From Ministeria vibrans ATCC 50519 (Eukaryota > Protista > Filasterea): a stretch of DNA of 55,284 nt. The DNA is taken from the NCBI GenBank assembly GCA_943704425.1, contig CALSCP010000957.1:1-55284 (forward strand). Direction: 5' to 3'. The notes under the pieces are model-generated. The model was not told where the DNA came from and did no database searches. It saw only the letters and a program-made list of their open reading frames with translations. Within the stretch, counting starts at the first letter, position 1. Every line of letters starts with the position of its first letter. Positions 55,039-55,284 of this stretch are shown here, in pieces. Both the position numbers and the translations under genes were made by a program.

Positions 55039-55158
55039 TGAAAAAATTTGGCCTTCGGGAAATGGGAATTTTCAATCGATTACGATCATTAATTGTGATT
55101 TGTGAATGAACAATAAACATCAAAATTATTAATTTTATCTTATTATTGTTTCTTTGTC

Positions 55159-55218
55159 ATGTTTGAGAAGTCGCTGAGCGACCTCATCCGTGGCATCCGG
55201 GCCAACAAGAACAACGAA
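55159..55218 (+). CDS. AP3D1: AP-3 complex delta subunit, first exon only
   Basis: MFEKSLSDLIRGIRANKNNE matches the AP-3 delta N-terminus, followed by a GT donor and a (CT)n intron running off-window. Confidence 0.8.
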
Positions 55219-55232
55219 GTACACTCCCAATC

Positions 55233-55284
<52 letters not shown>

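Overview
Gene-dense, intron-rich eukaryotic nuclear DNA from an unidentified protist, probably amorphean. Introns are GT-AG, often with GTAC donors, and many carry (CT)n tracts. About 19 protein-coding genes can be read by splicing exons by eye: LST8 (5' end off-window), an 82-aa membrane-anchored microprotein, an extended SDR, SUV3 helicase, a TPR-MYND protein, LAS1, ALDH8A1, a multidomain class-II-like HDAC, COG8, a MAP2K, a long LRR protein, a giant secreted protein, kinesin-8, SCCPDH-like, SNAPC1, IDO, an HHxxxD acyltransferase, SCYL2 and the first exon of AP3D1. The most unusual part is a ~15 kb accessory block (24.2-39.6 kb) between housekeeping genes. It holds (i) an LRR gene of >=35 69-bp cassettes with a near-invariant scaffold, hypervariable concave-face codons and identical cassettes reused at non-adjacent positions; (ii) a 5'-truncated, frameshifted non-LTR retrotransposon remnant; and (iii) a ~10 kb gene for a very large secreted protein with FN2, LamG-like and Cys-rich modules, many furin-type sites and an antimicrobial-peptide-like helix. 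Other signals: a dispersed TATCACTTTGTTTC minisatellite tied to (CT)n tracts that all lie on one strand, a structured ~105-nt ncRNA candidate, and an interstitial TTAGGG-like run. All family calls come from recalled motifs, not database searches. Exon boundaries are approximate, and three N-gaps limit interpretation.
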